32,000 nt of DNA from Candidatus Hermodarchaeota archaeon. GTDB lineage: Archaea > Asgardarchaeota > Heimdallarchaeia > Hodarchaeales > Hodarchaeaceae. The notes under the pieces were generated by a model that was not told where the DNA came from, ran no database searches, and saw nothing but the letters and a program-made list of their open reading frames with translations. The stretch covers positions 96,427 to 128,426 of the forward strand of contig JBHLKY010000014.1 of assembly GCA_048886185.1 (NCBI GenBank), in the 5' to 3' direction. The position numbers and the translations under genes were made by a program. Positions 17,813 to 27,100 of this stretch are shown here, piece after piece. Every line of letters starts with the position of its first letter. The stretch's first letter is position 1.

Positions 17813-19321
17813 ATGGCAGAATCAAGCAGTCTAATTCGAGAAACATATCCTTTAATCCCCCCATTTAGTTATGCGTTGGTTGCAACTGATCCAGAAACCA
17901 AACAAACTAAATATACTGTTGTTGAAGTTCCACTAAGTACAAAAGAGAAAGATATATTGGATATGATAAAAAATATTCTCGAAGAAGAATTAGATGTAGA
18001 TTTTAATGTACTTAAAAATCCTGAGATAGCACGTGATTACCTCCGATCTAAAGTAATTAGGATAGCTAAAGATTATGGGCTAAAAATAGATGAAAAGACA
18101 TTCGATAAGATTAATTACCACATTACTCGTGATTTTGTTGGATTCGGTCCAATAGATGCAATGTTGAAAGATCATAATGTTGAAGATATCTCCTGTGATG
18201 GTGTTGGAATTCCTGTCTATATTTGGCATCGAAAGTTTGAAAGTATTCAAACAAATGTTAAGTTTGAGGAGGAGGACTTATTAAATGCCTTTATCATCAA
18301 ATTAGCTCAACGAGCTGGACGACATATCAGTGTAGCCAGACCTCTACTTGATGCTGCATTACCAGATGGTTCTCGCCTTCAATTAACATATGGAAGAGAA
18401 GTTACTCAACGAGGAAGTACATTCACAATACGAAAATTCCGCTCTGATCCGTTAACAATCACTGATATGGTTATTTTTAATACCATTGACGAAGATTTAG
18501 CTGCATTCTTATGGTACGTTTTGGAAAATAGGAATTCAGTTGTTATTTCAGGGGGAACAGCAGCAGGAAAAACTTCTTTGCTTAATAGTTTGGCTATGTT
18601 CATTAGACCAGGAATGAAAATCGTTTCCATCGAAGACACAGCAGAACTTCATCTTCCTCATGAGAATTGGATCCCTGCCGTGGCTCGTGAAGGTTATGGC
18701 GGACGTGAAGCTGATGGTTCTCGAAGAGGCGAAGTATCAATGTACGATCTCCTCCGTGCAGCCCTTCGGCAAAGACCAGATTATCTTTTTGTGGGAGAAG
18801 TACGAGGCGCAGAAGCATACAATCTTTTTCAAGCAATGGCTACTGGCCACACTGGAATGGGAACAATACATGGTGACAGTGTAACTGGAACTATTAGACG
18901 ATTAGAGAATGAACCAATGAATATTCCTCGAACACTAATTCAAACATTGAACTTTGTTCTTGTCCTTCGAAAAGTGCGTCGAGGAGACAAACAGGTTCGA
19001 CGAGTAATTGAATGTACAGAAATTGTAGGAATTGACCCTGTAACTACTGAATTGATTACGAATAAAGTCTTTGGATGGAATGCACGTGAGGATGCTTTTA
19101 TCAATTATGGACGATCCTATGCACTTGAAGGAATTCAGGAAGCGCAAGGATTAACTGAAGCACAAGTATTTGATGAGCTGGAACGGCGTAAAACAATTTT
19201 AAGATGGATGGTAAAAAAGAAGCTGGCTCATTTTACCCAAGTTTCTGAAGTAGTGAACAGTTATTATCAGAATGCACTTGAAACTGTTGATCGAGCAAAA
19301 CGTGAATTAAAAGCTATTTAA
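17813..19321 (+). CDS. Type IV pilus / type II secretion assembly ATPase (ArlI/TadA/VirB11-like)
   Basis: VEDISCDG, DAALPDGSRLQ, FTIRKF, Walker A GGTAAGKTS, SIEDTAEL, RQRPDYLFVGEVRG (Walker B), His box GHTGMGTIH. Confidence 0.95.
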   Translation: MAESSSLIRETYPLIPPFSYALVATDPETKQTKYTVVEVPLSTKEKDILDMIKNILEEELDVDFNVLKNPEIARDYLRSKVIRIAKDYGLKIDEKTFDKINYHITRDFVGFGPIDAMLKDHNVEDISCDGVGIPVYIWHRKFESIQTNVKFEEEDLLNAFIIKLAQRAGRHISVARPLLDAALPDGSRLQLTYGREVTQRGSTFTIRKFRSDPLTITDMVIFNTIDEDLAAFLWYVLENRNSVVISGGTAAGKTSLLNSLAMFIRPGMKIVSIEDTAELHLPHENWIPAVAREGYGGREADGSRRGEVSMYDLLRAALRQRPDYLFVGEVRGAEAYNLFQAMATGHTGMGTIHGDSVTGTIRRLENEPMNIPRTLIQTLNFVLVLRKVRRGDKQVRRVIECTEIVGIDPVTTELITNKVFGWNAREDAFINYGRSYALEGIQEAQGLTEAQVFDELERRKTILRWMVKKKLAHFTQVSEVVNSYYQNALETVDRAKRELKAI

Positions 19322-19332
19322 GGAAGAATCGT

Positions 19333-20256
19333 TTGGAGTGTTTATTTGTGAGTAAGGTCATTAGAAGGGTCGGTTATCTCAGGTTTGGTAGATTATTAGA
19401 ATCTTGGATTGAAAAGGGACGATTTGAAAGACTCAATAAAAGCCTGAAACGAGCAGGGATGGATATTTCAATCCGAGCTTATCTTGGGAGTGCAATTTTT
19501 AGTTCTATTCTTATTGGATTCTTATCATTTTTCGGGACAATTATTGGAAGTATTGTGCTTTTTCAAATTGCTGATCCTACAATGCACTTACAAAGTTTCT
19601 TTATGCAACTTATTTTGATTGGACTGATTGTTGGAGTGCTTTTTTTCATCATAACATATGTACCATTCTTATACTGGCCCCAAATGAAAGCTGCTGATCG
19701 TAAAATATTAATGGAGTCTGGTTTACCATCAACAGCATCGTATCTCTCTGCAATGTCAAGTTCAGGTGTTCCCCCTAATAGACTATTTTTTTCACTCGCA
19801 GGAGAAGCATCTGTTGCTCCTGAAATTTCCAAAGAGAGTAAAAGAATAACACGAGACATTCAGATTTTTGGGTATGATATTCTAAAAGCTTTACGAACCG
19901 CCAGTGAAAGATCTCCCTCAGAAAGATTCTCCAAGTTTTTAGATGGAATGTCAGCTACTATCACAAGTGGAGGGGATCTAACTTTCTATCTTAGTGCTGA
20001 AGCTAAAGCCCTAATGAAATTAAAAGAGGAAGAAACTAAAGAATTTATTGATCAATTAGGGGTACTTGCTGAAATTTTTATGATTATAGGAGTAGTTGCT
20101 CCCTTATTCTTTGTAGTAATAATAGCAATTCTAGCTGTCATTTCCCCAGAAACAATAATTGGAACGGTCATAATGCTGCTTTTGACGTACTTAATTATGC
20201 CTATTCTATTAATGATAATGATTTTATTGATCTCAACTATTTCACGAGAAGTTTAG
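19333..20256 (+). CDS. Type II secretion system F-domain membrane platform protein (TadC/ArlJ-like), copy 1
   Basis: LKRAGMDIS..YL, LP...SYLSAMSSSGVPP, DILKALR..SERSPS, TITSGGDL..YL; several TM helices. Exact start uncertain (TTG 19333 or GTG 19348). Confidence 0.88.
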   Translation: MECLFVSKVIRRVGYLRFGRLLESWIEKGRFERLNKSLKRAGMDISIRAYLGSAIFSSILIGFLSFFGTIIGSIVLFQIADPTMHLQSFFMQLILIGLIVGVLFFIITYVPFLYWPQMKAADRKILMESGLPSTASYLSAMSSSGVPPNRLFFSLAGEASVAPEISKESKRITRDIQIFGYDILKALRTASERSPSERFSKFLDGMSATITSGGDLTFYLSAEAKALMKLKEEETKEFIDQLGVLAEIFMIIGVVAPLFFVVIIAILAVISPETIIGTVIMLLLTYLIMPILLMIMILLISTISREV

Positions 20257-20276
20257 ACGTCAAGAGGTTTAGAGTA

Positions 20277-21263
20277 ATGAGAAAACTGTCACCAAAACTC
20301 GAACAACGTATCTGGATTCTCTCAATATTTCTCTTCATAATTACAGCAGGAATTGCCTTATATTTTTACATACCCGTCATTGAACATATATTTCCAGTAA
20401 CTAGCCCTTCTGATTTAGATCCCGAAGAATTGGAAAATTATCTTCATTCTGTGAGTGAAATCGTCAGAGATCCAATCATTGGATTTTTTGACATCATAGA
20501 TATAACAACAATATCTATTTTCACGCTGATTCTCATCCCAGCTTGGGCCTATCGCTCAGATCAAAGATGGCGAGACAATATTGATGATAATATTCCCTCT
20601 TTATTACGTGAAATTTCTGATGCTCAAAAAACTGGTCTTCCATTACCAAGAGCAATTATGTCAGCAAGCAAGCATAATTACGGCGCCTTGACGCCTGAAT
20701 TGAAAAAAATGGCAGCTAAAATTAGTTGGGGGATTCCCTTCAGCAAATCCTTACAAAGTTTGACGCAAACAGCAGATACACCTATGATGAAACGAACATC
20801 TCTACTAATATTAGAAGCAGAGCGTTCTGGCGGGGCTATTGAAGACGTTTTTGAATCGGCTCACAAGCATGTGTCTGAAGTACTCGGATTAAAAAGAGAA
20901 CGCCTTGGATCTATGAAGCCTTTTACTTGGATCATCTTCGCTTCCTTTATTGTCTTCTCCCTTGTAATGATTATTCTACTTATTTCCTTTTTCCAAACAT
21001 TAGCTGTCCAAATGGTAGATGCTGTTGCAGAAGGACAAGACCCAACTGCAGGATTACCATTTAACCTCGCTGGATTACAGTTGATTTTTTTCCACTTAAT
21101 GGTGATTGAAGCCATTTTTGCAGGTCTTATTGCAGGGAAAATGGGTCAAGGTAATTCAAAGCTTGGATTGCAATATTCTTGTATACTTCTAGCTATCTGC
21201 TATCTAATCTTTAAATTTACAATAACAGATATCATTTCACAAATATTTTCATTATTTGTATAA
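20277..21263 (+). CDS. Type II secretion system F-domain membrane platform protein (TadC/ArlJ-like), copy 2
   Basis: IPSLLREISDAQKTGLPL..A, YGALTPEL, ISWGIPF, AERSGGAIEDVF, AIFAGLIAGKM. Confidence 0.88.
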   Translation: MRKLSPKLEQRIWILSIFLFIITAGIALYFYIPVIEHIFPVTSPSDLDPEELENYLHSVSEIVRDPIIGFFDIIDITTISIFTLILIPAWAYRSDQRWRDNIDDNIPSLLREISDAQKTGLPLPRAIMSASKHNYGALTPELKKMAAKISWGIPFSKSLQSLTQTADTPMMKRTSLLILEAERSGGAIEDVFESAHKHVSEVLGLKRERLGSMKPFTWIIFASFIVFSLVMIILLISFFQTLAVQMVDAVAEGQDPTAGLPFNLAGLQLIFFHLMVIEAIFAGLIAGKMGQGNSKLGLQYSCILLAICYLIFKFTITDIISQIFSLFV

Positions 21264-21285
21264 TAGTAATCAGAGGTTTAAAGTC

Positions 21286-21741
21286 ATGGGTAAAGAAGAA
21301 AAGATGCTTCAAGAGTTATTAGACAAAGTATCTACTCTAGAAGATAAACTTACTAATATGGAGTTTTTGATGGTACAGGGCATGGGAACAGGGGGAGTAA
21401 CTCCTATATCTCCAACGATGATGCCCTCTTCTACTCCAAAAACTGGCCCTGTTGAGATTGATTTGGCTCCTCTTGAAAATAGAATCTCTGAAATTGAAAA
21501 TAATATCTCAGAAGTTATGAATAGGATTAATAGTTTAGCAGAGTTAACATCAGGATTAAAAACTGAAAAAACTCAGAAAGCTGACGAATTGATAACTCAA
21601 GCTACTTCTTTATTAGAAAAAGGCCTCCAGCTGACCGAATTAGAAACAACAATGCTTGAATTGAAAGATCGTATTCAAGAGATAGTTATCCAACTTGAGG
21701 TTGCCAATGTTGGTTCTTCTACTGAGGATACTAATTCCTAG
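21286..21741 (+). CDS. Soluble coiled-coil hypothetical protein within the pilus cluster
   Basis: Heptad-rich helices separated by a G/P/T-rich linker; no TM segment. Start moved to ATG 21286. Confidence 0.7.
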   Translation: MGKEEKMLQELLDKVSTLEDKLTNMEFLMVQGMGTGGVTPISPTMMPSSTPKTGPVEIDLAPLENRISEIENNISEVMNRINSLAELTSGLKTEKTQKADELITQATSLLEKGLQLTELETTMLELKDRIQEIVIQLEVANVGSSTEDTNS

Positions 21742-21777
21742 TATGTTTAAATAGGAAATTAACAAAAGTGCACTGAA

Positions 21778-22938
21778 ATGTTTTTTTCAAGCTTTAAAAG
21801 AAGACGCCGTGGACAGATAAGAGCAATTGATTTCATGGTCAGTCTTTTTCTCTTTATACTTATGTTATCCCAATTAATACTTATCATTTTTAATGTTCAA
21901 TCTAGTATAAAGACTAGTACCATAAGAACCCTAGCTTATGAGGAATTTGACATTTTTGGTAGGCAAATCCTTTTTGAGGAAGGAGATTTAAACTGGGGTT
22001 ATCGTCAACAACTTCCTTCGTCATTTGGACTTGCAGATTCCAATTCGCAGTCTTATCTGAGTTTAGATGGGGCAAAAATAGCCCGCCTTGTTACTCGTAC
22101 TCCTTTGGAAATATATCTTGTTTCAGGATTCTACATGTATGATTATAAAACTCTTAAGGAAGCCATGAGTATATCAGGTAAATATGACTTTCAATTGGGA
22201 TTTTATCCCTTACTAAACTCAGAAATCTCTGTTTCAGATACAAATTTTGCTCAAGTTACCGTCACTAATTTTTACAACACTCCTATTTCTAATGCTCGTG
22301 TTAATTTCTTTACCATTGATTTGACCAATGGAGAAGTGATTTCAGAAGGATCAACTTTAACGGACTCAAACGGGGAGACTGCACGTCAATTATCAAATCC
22401 TACCTTGAATATCCCAAATGGGGAGCATTTCGTCTTTATTATCGTTGAAAAAGGGCCTCTTTGGGGTATGAATTGGGGTTTTAATGATCCTGCCTCTGAT
22501 GAGGTTTTCATTGGCTCATCCCTAAAAAATGCTATTTGGGGAGGAGGAATTAATTCATCCAGCCTATTGGTATCAGATAAACTGGGAGAGACGCCTGAAA
22601 ACCATTTTATATCTATAATATATCAGGATAGTACATTAACTTATTCTAATAAAACGATAAACCTAAATAAGGCTGATGATGGGAATGAGACAATCACTAT
22701 CCCCAATGAAGGCTTAGCTGCCTTTTTTAGTATTGCTAGAAATACAAATAATGAATATCATGTTGGAATAGGTTCATATCCTGCAATATTAGATCGTGAT
22801 TCGGATAGTGGAGTATTTTATCATATCTTTGGAGATCTAACTGAAGGTAAAAGAGTTAAATCAATGCTATCAAAACTCTATCCCATTATTGTCAGGGGAA
22901 CTTTGATGGGTTGTCAATTAACCTTATGGAGCGAATAA
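21778..22938 (+). CDS. Large pilin-like protein with class III signal peptide and probable beta-sandwich domain
   Basis: KRRRRG|QIRAIDFMVSLFLFILML; internal VTVTNFYNTPISNARVNF...TLTDSNGE. Confidence 0.8.
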   Translation: MFFSSFKRRRRGQIRAIDFMVSLFLFILMLSQLILIIFNVQSSIKTSTIRTLAYEEFDIFGRQILFEEGDLNWGYRQQLPSSFGLADSNSQSYLSLDGAKIARLVTRTPLEIYLVSGFYMYDYKTLKEAMSISGKYDFQLGFYPLLNSEISVSDTNFAQVTVTNFYNTPISNARVNFFTIDLTNGEVISEGSTLTDSNGETARQLSNPTLNIPNGEHFVFIIVEKGPLWGMNWGFNDPASDEVFIGSSLKNAIWGGGINSSSLLVSDKLGETPENHFISIIYQDSTLTYSNKTINLNKADDGNETITIPNEGLAAFFSIARNTNNEYHVGIGSYPAILDRDSDSGVFYHIFGDLTEGKRVKSMLSKLYPIIVRGTLMGCQLTLWSE

Positions 22939-22942
22939 AAAG

Positions 22943-23455
22943 GTGAAAAAATGCCATAAAAGCGTCCATAGGGGACAGCTTCAAATTGCAGAAACACTTG
23001 TTTCAGTATCTTTAATGTTAGTTCTCGCTATTCTATTGATTGGTGCTACAAATCAGCTAATGTCGTCATATTCAAATCCAACCAGTCTGGATCAGACAGC
23101 AACAGACATTATGATAGCTGCAGATGAGGCAGGGTTATTAAGACCTGTCATATATCTTTATGGTGACTCTAAATATCAGGTGGAGTATTCTTCCTATAGA
23201 AATCTGCTTGATGAATACATTTCTACTATAATTTCTGATAATGTTGACTACGCATTAGTTGCTCATGAAATTATAAATGGTACAATTAAACTCGATTATT
23301 TCAGCCCTATTGGTTCCTCAACAGCCATTGTTGCACTCCAACAAAGAGGAGAGGCTGTAGTAGCGAACTACCATTTAGGTTCCTTTACTTCAGCTACTTT
23401 TGGTCAGTATTTTTCTCAATTTCTTGTACAATTATATTTGTGGGAGAAATTCTAG
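22943..23455 (+). CDS. Pilin-like protein with class III signal peptide
   Basis: HKSVHRG|QLQIAETLVSVSLMLVLAILLI; GTG start 4 nt after the previous stop. Confidence 0.78.
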   Translation: MKKCHKSVHRGQLQIAETLVSVSLMLVLAILLIGATNQLMSSYSNPTSLDQTATDIMIAADEAGLLRPVIYLYGDSKYQVEYSSYRNLLDEYISTIISDNVDYALVAHEIINGTIKLDYFSPIGSSTAIVALQQRGEAVVANYHLGSFTSATFGQYFSQFLVQLYLWEKF

Positions 23456-24175
23456 ATGAAGTTACCAGGATTGTTATACTCGAAAGGTCACAGAGGTCAA
23501 ATGTTTATCTTGGCAACAATGCTGATAGCAGTCTATGTTGTCATGATGACAGCTGCTCTGATGAATCTTGGAGCTAATCGAATGGAGTTTGATAGGGAGA
23601 CGTTAAGAGAACCTTATTTAGATTCAAAACGTGAAATTCAAAATTTCTTAGAATTAATTTTAGCAGAGCATAGTAAAAATGAAACCACAATAGTAAGTTC
23701 TAGTATTGCACAAAATAAGATTAAAGAATTCTTAATGGATATGAGGGAGGTTTATATCTCACGTGGGGTGAACTTAGAAGTGAATTTTAATACTGATAAC
23801 TTCAATCTAATAGCAACACATTCTCCATATGCAAATGTCTCAAATGTAGGAGTTTATACTAGCGAGATTTATGCTGAATTTCGGTTAAAGTTAAGTTCAG
23901 TGTCATCCTCATTTATTATTGAAGAATATTTTTCAGTTATCTTTATTGGTCGTGTAGAGATCCAAGGCAGCAGTGTTCTGGTTCAGCAATCAAAAGGAGA
24001 CCAGTTTGAATTTATTGAAGCAGCTTCAGTCTATATTTTTAATGCTACTGATAAAATTACTCCCTCTATTCGTCTAGATCGTACTGGTATCTATAATTTT
24101 GAAGATTTAATTGATCTGAACAATATAGGAATCCTTAATGTCACCTTGATGAATGGAGTACAAATTTTTTCGTGA
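23456..24175 (+). CDS. Pilin-like protein with class III signal peptide
   Basis: SKGHRG|QMFILATMLIAVYVVMM; ATG directly abuts the previous TAG. Confidence 0.78.
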   Translation: MKLPGLLYSKGHRGQMFILATMLIAVYVVMMTAALMNLGANRMEFDRETLREPYLDSKREIQNFLELILAEHSKNETTIVSSSIAQNKIKEFLMDMREVYISRGVNLEVNFNTDNFNLIATHSPYANVSNVGVYTSEIYAEFRLKLSSVSSSFIIEEYFSVIFIGRVEIQGSSVLVQQSKGDQFEFIEAASVYIFNATDKITPSIRLDRTGIYNFEDLIDLNNIGILNVTLMNGVQIFS

Positions 24176-24181
24176 GAAGAA

Positions 24182-27100
24182 ATGATTGAGAAAGAGTTTC
24201 AGGAGTACATCAAAAATCTGAAAAAGGATCTTGAAACTCAAGTTCAACTAGCCACACAAGCGCGAGGCTGTAAATTAGATCCTCAAACCTCAATAGAGTC
24301 CAAACTTACGTTTAATTCAAGAGCAAAGATAGCTTCAATTCTGAAGATACCAAAATTAGAGGACTATCTCCCAAGAAATCTTTCTCATCATGAAAATCCT
24401 CTCCTTTTGGCAGCTGATATTGCCAAACAGATTGTTAATGGCCGTTTTGTGAAGAAATCTCGTGAAAATCTTATATTACTTGCATTACACAGTTCACTTG
24501 TTATTATCAGCCAAGGATTGATATCTGTTCCTCAAGAAAGCATCCCAAAAATCACAATTGGCTCTAAATCAAATCATTTAACCATTTACTTCTCAAATAC
24601 GATACGATATGCTACCGGAGAGACTATTGGTTTAATAATGTTAATTGCAGATTATATTAGGCAGGTTTTACATTTAAATCGATTTAATCCTTCACCCGAT
24701 CTCATAAATAGGTATGTTGAAGAAATAGAAATTTATACAGCAATGAATGAGCATTTTTTAAATTTACGAATAGATTTATTAAAATTTTTAGTTCAAAATA
24801 TTGGAATCGAAATATCTGGAGAAGCATTCGAACGAATTGAGGTTCGGAGATATAGGAACTTACCTAATTTAACAAATAAATTGAGGATGGGAATGTGTGT
24901 TGCCTTTGAAAAAGTGATTGAAAGCATTAATTCAATTGCTTCTATTCGTTTTAAATCAGGCATCCCTGAATGGGATTGGTTAAAAGGCCCCTTTGAAGCA
25001 ATTAAAAGGGAAAAACACGAATTTGGGCTAAGGGAAGTACGCGGAACTCAACCTTTACTCTCAAAATCTAGGAAACCTGGGGGGTTCAGATTAAGATATG
25101 GCTTTTCACGCAACACAAGCCAAGGCGCAGCAGGAATTCATCCTGTTACAATGTATCTTTCAGAAATGCTCTCTCCAGGCACAAGTATTGCGATAGATTT
25201 TATGGATCGGCCGATTACGGTTTTTCCTGTTTCAACCTTAACAGGTCCTTTAGTTGAATTAAAAGATGGTTCTAGCGAAAGGATTGAATCTATAAAGAGA
25301 ATTCGTGAAATAGAGGACAAAATAGCTCAGATTTGGGAGATGGGAGACATTTTACTCTCTCCGGATGACATTCCAGCAACAGAAACTATTGAATTATCTG
25401 CTTGGACCGAAGAATGGTGGAGTCAAGAAATCAAACTTTCAATTGCCTCAACAAATTTATCAATTGAAACATTGGCAACCAGCTTGAATATTTCCTTTAA
25501 AAAGTTAGAAAGATTACTACGAGAACCCACACATTATCATCCCTCTCCAGAAACAGCTATTAAACTGAGTAATATAACTAAGGTTCCCATCCATCCTTAT
25601 TATTCATTCAATTGGAATGAAATTGCTATCAGTGACCTTATTAGACTGATTCAGATGTTAAATAGCTCTAGTAATAATTTCTTACCAAATGATAGTGACT
25701 TAAAGTATATTCTCAGACAATTAGGAGTTCCTTTCACCATTATCGAGGATCAAATTCAATCTGAACGATTTCAACCATTTATTCTGACATTAAGAGGAAA
25801 AGAAGAAGAATTATCTCAGATTTTATCTGAATCATCGATTCAAATTGAAACTGAAAAAATTGTGACTAGACTCACAAAAATTTCTGTTCGATCATCATGT
25901 CAGAGAAGAATAGGCTTGAAAATCATTCGAGTAGAAAAAGATGAACCACGCCATATAAATCCACCAGCACATATACTTTTTCCTATTGGTTCTCATGGAG
26001 GTACTCAAAGGAACCTTTTAAAGGCAAAAAATGTAGGTACTGTTAATATCCAACTGTCAGAAAGATTTTGTACAACCTGTAAAGAATCAACTTACGTTTC
26101 TTATTGTCAAAATTGTCAACAAAGAACTATACAGAATTTTGTGTGTAAAATGGGGCATGTTTCAGAAACACAAAAGTGTGAGGATTGTGGTCAGTACGCG
26201 TTCTCTGCAAAAATTAAATCCATTGATATCTCGGGATTATTAGACTCAGGATTCCAAAAAACAGGATTCCTAGATTTAAAGATTATTAAAGGAGTCTCCG
26301 TTCTCAACAGTAAAAATCGAATACCAGAACATATAATAAAGGGTATACTACGAGCAAAACACAAAATTTTTGTTTATAAGGACGGAACAAGTCGTTTTGA
26401 TCAAACCAATGCTCATATTACGCACTTCACTCCGAAAGAAATTCATTCCTCTGTTAAAGATCTCATAAGGTTAGGCTATACTCATGACGTTTTTGGAGAT
26501 GACTTGATTAGCGAGGATCAACTGATTGAGATCAACCCTTATGATGTTATAGTGAGTAAAAAGGCTGGAATATTTCTTGTTGATTTATCTAAATTCCTTG
26601 ATGATGAATTAACATTCCTGTATCAATTAGCTCCTTATTACAGAATTAACTCCCTTAATAACATAACTGGTTCATTAATAATAGGTTTATCACCATTCTC
26701 AATGGTTGCAGTTATAGGGAGAATTATTGGTTACACAGATAACAATGTCACCTATGCTCATCCACTTTGGCACATATTAAAAGGTCGAAATTGTAATGGT
26801 GACATCGACTCAATAACATTACTTCTAGATGCCCTACTTAATTTTTCAACTGAATTAATTCCAGCCTTACGCGGAGGAGGAATGGATATACCCTCTATCA
26901 TCAATCTCTCTGATCAATGGGAAGAAACCTCAGCTTATAGCAGTTATGATTCAGTTTCCATGAATCTCTCTTTTTACCAGATGTTAATCAACAATCCTTT
27001 AAAAGAGAAACTTTTATCTTACAAAATGTCTTGTCTTACTCCTTCTTTGCCTATCTTTCATACAATTGATAACATCTCTAGTTATAGCTTTGAGAACCTG

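Noticed and set aside
17813-21263. Archaellum (flagellar) operon
   Set aside because: No archaellin, ArlF/G/H or chemotaxis genes are present, and two separate TadC-like genes fit an adhesive or uptake pilus better.
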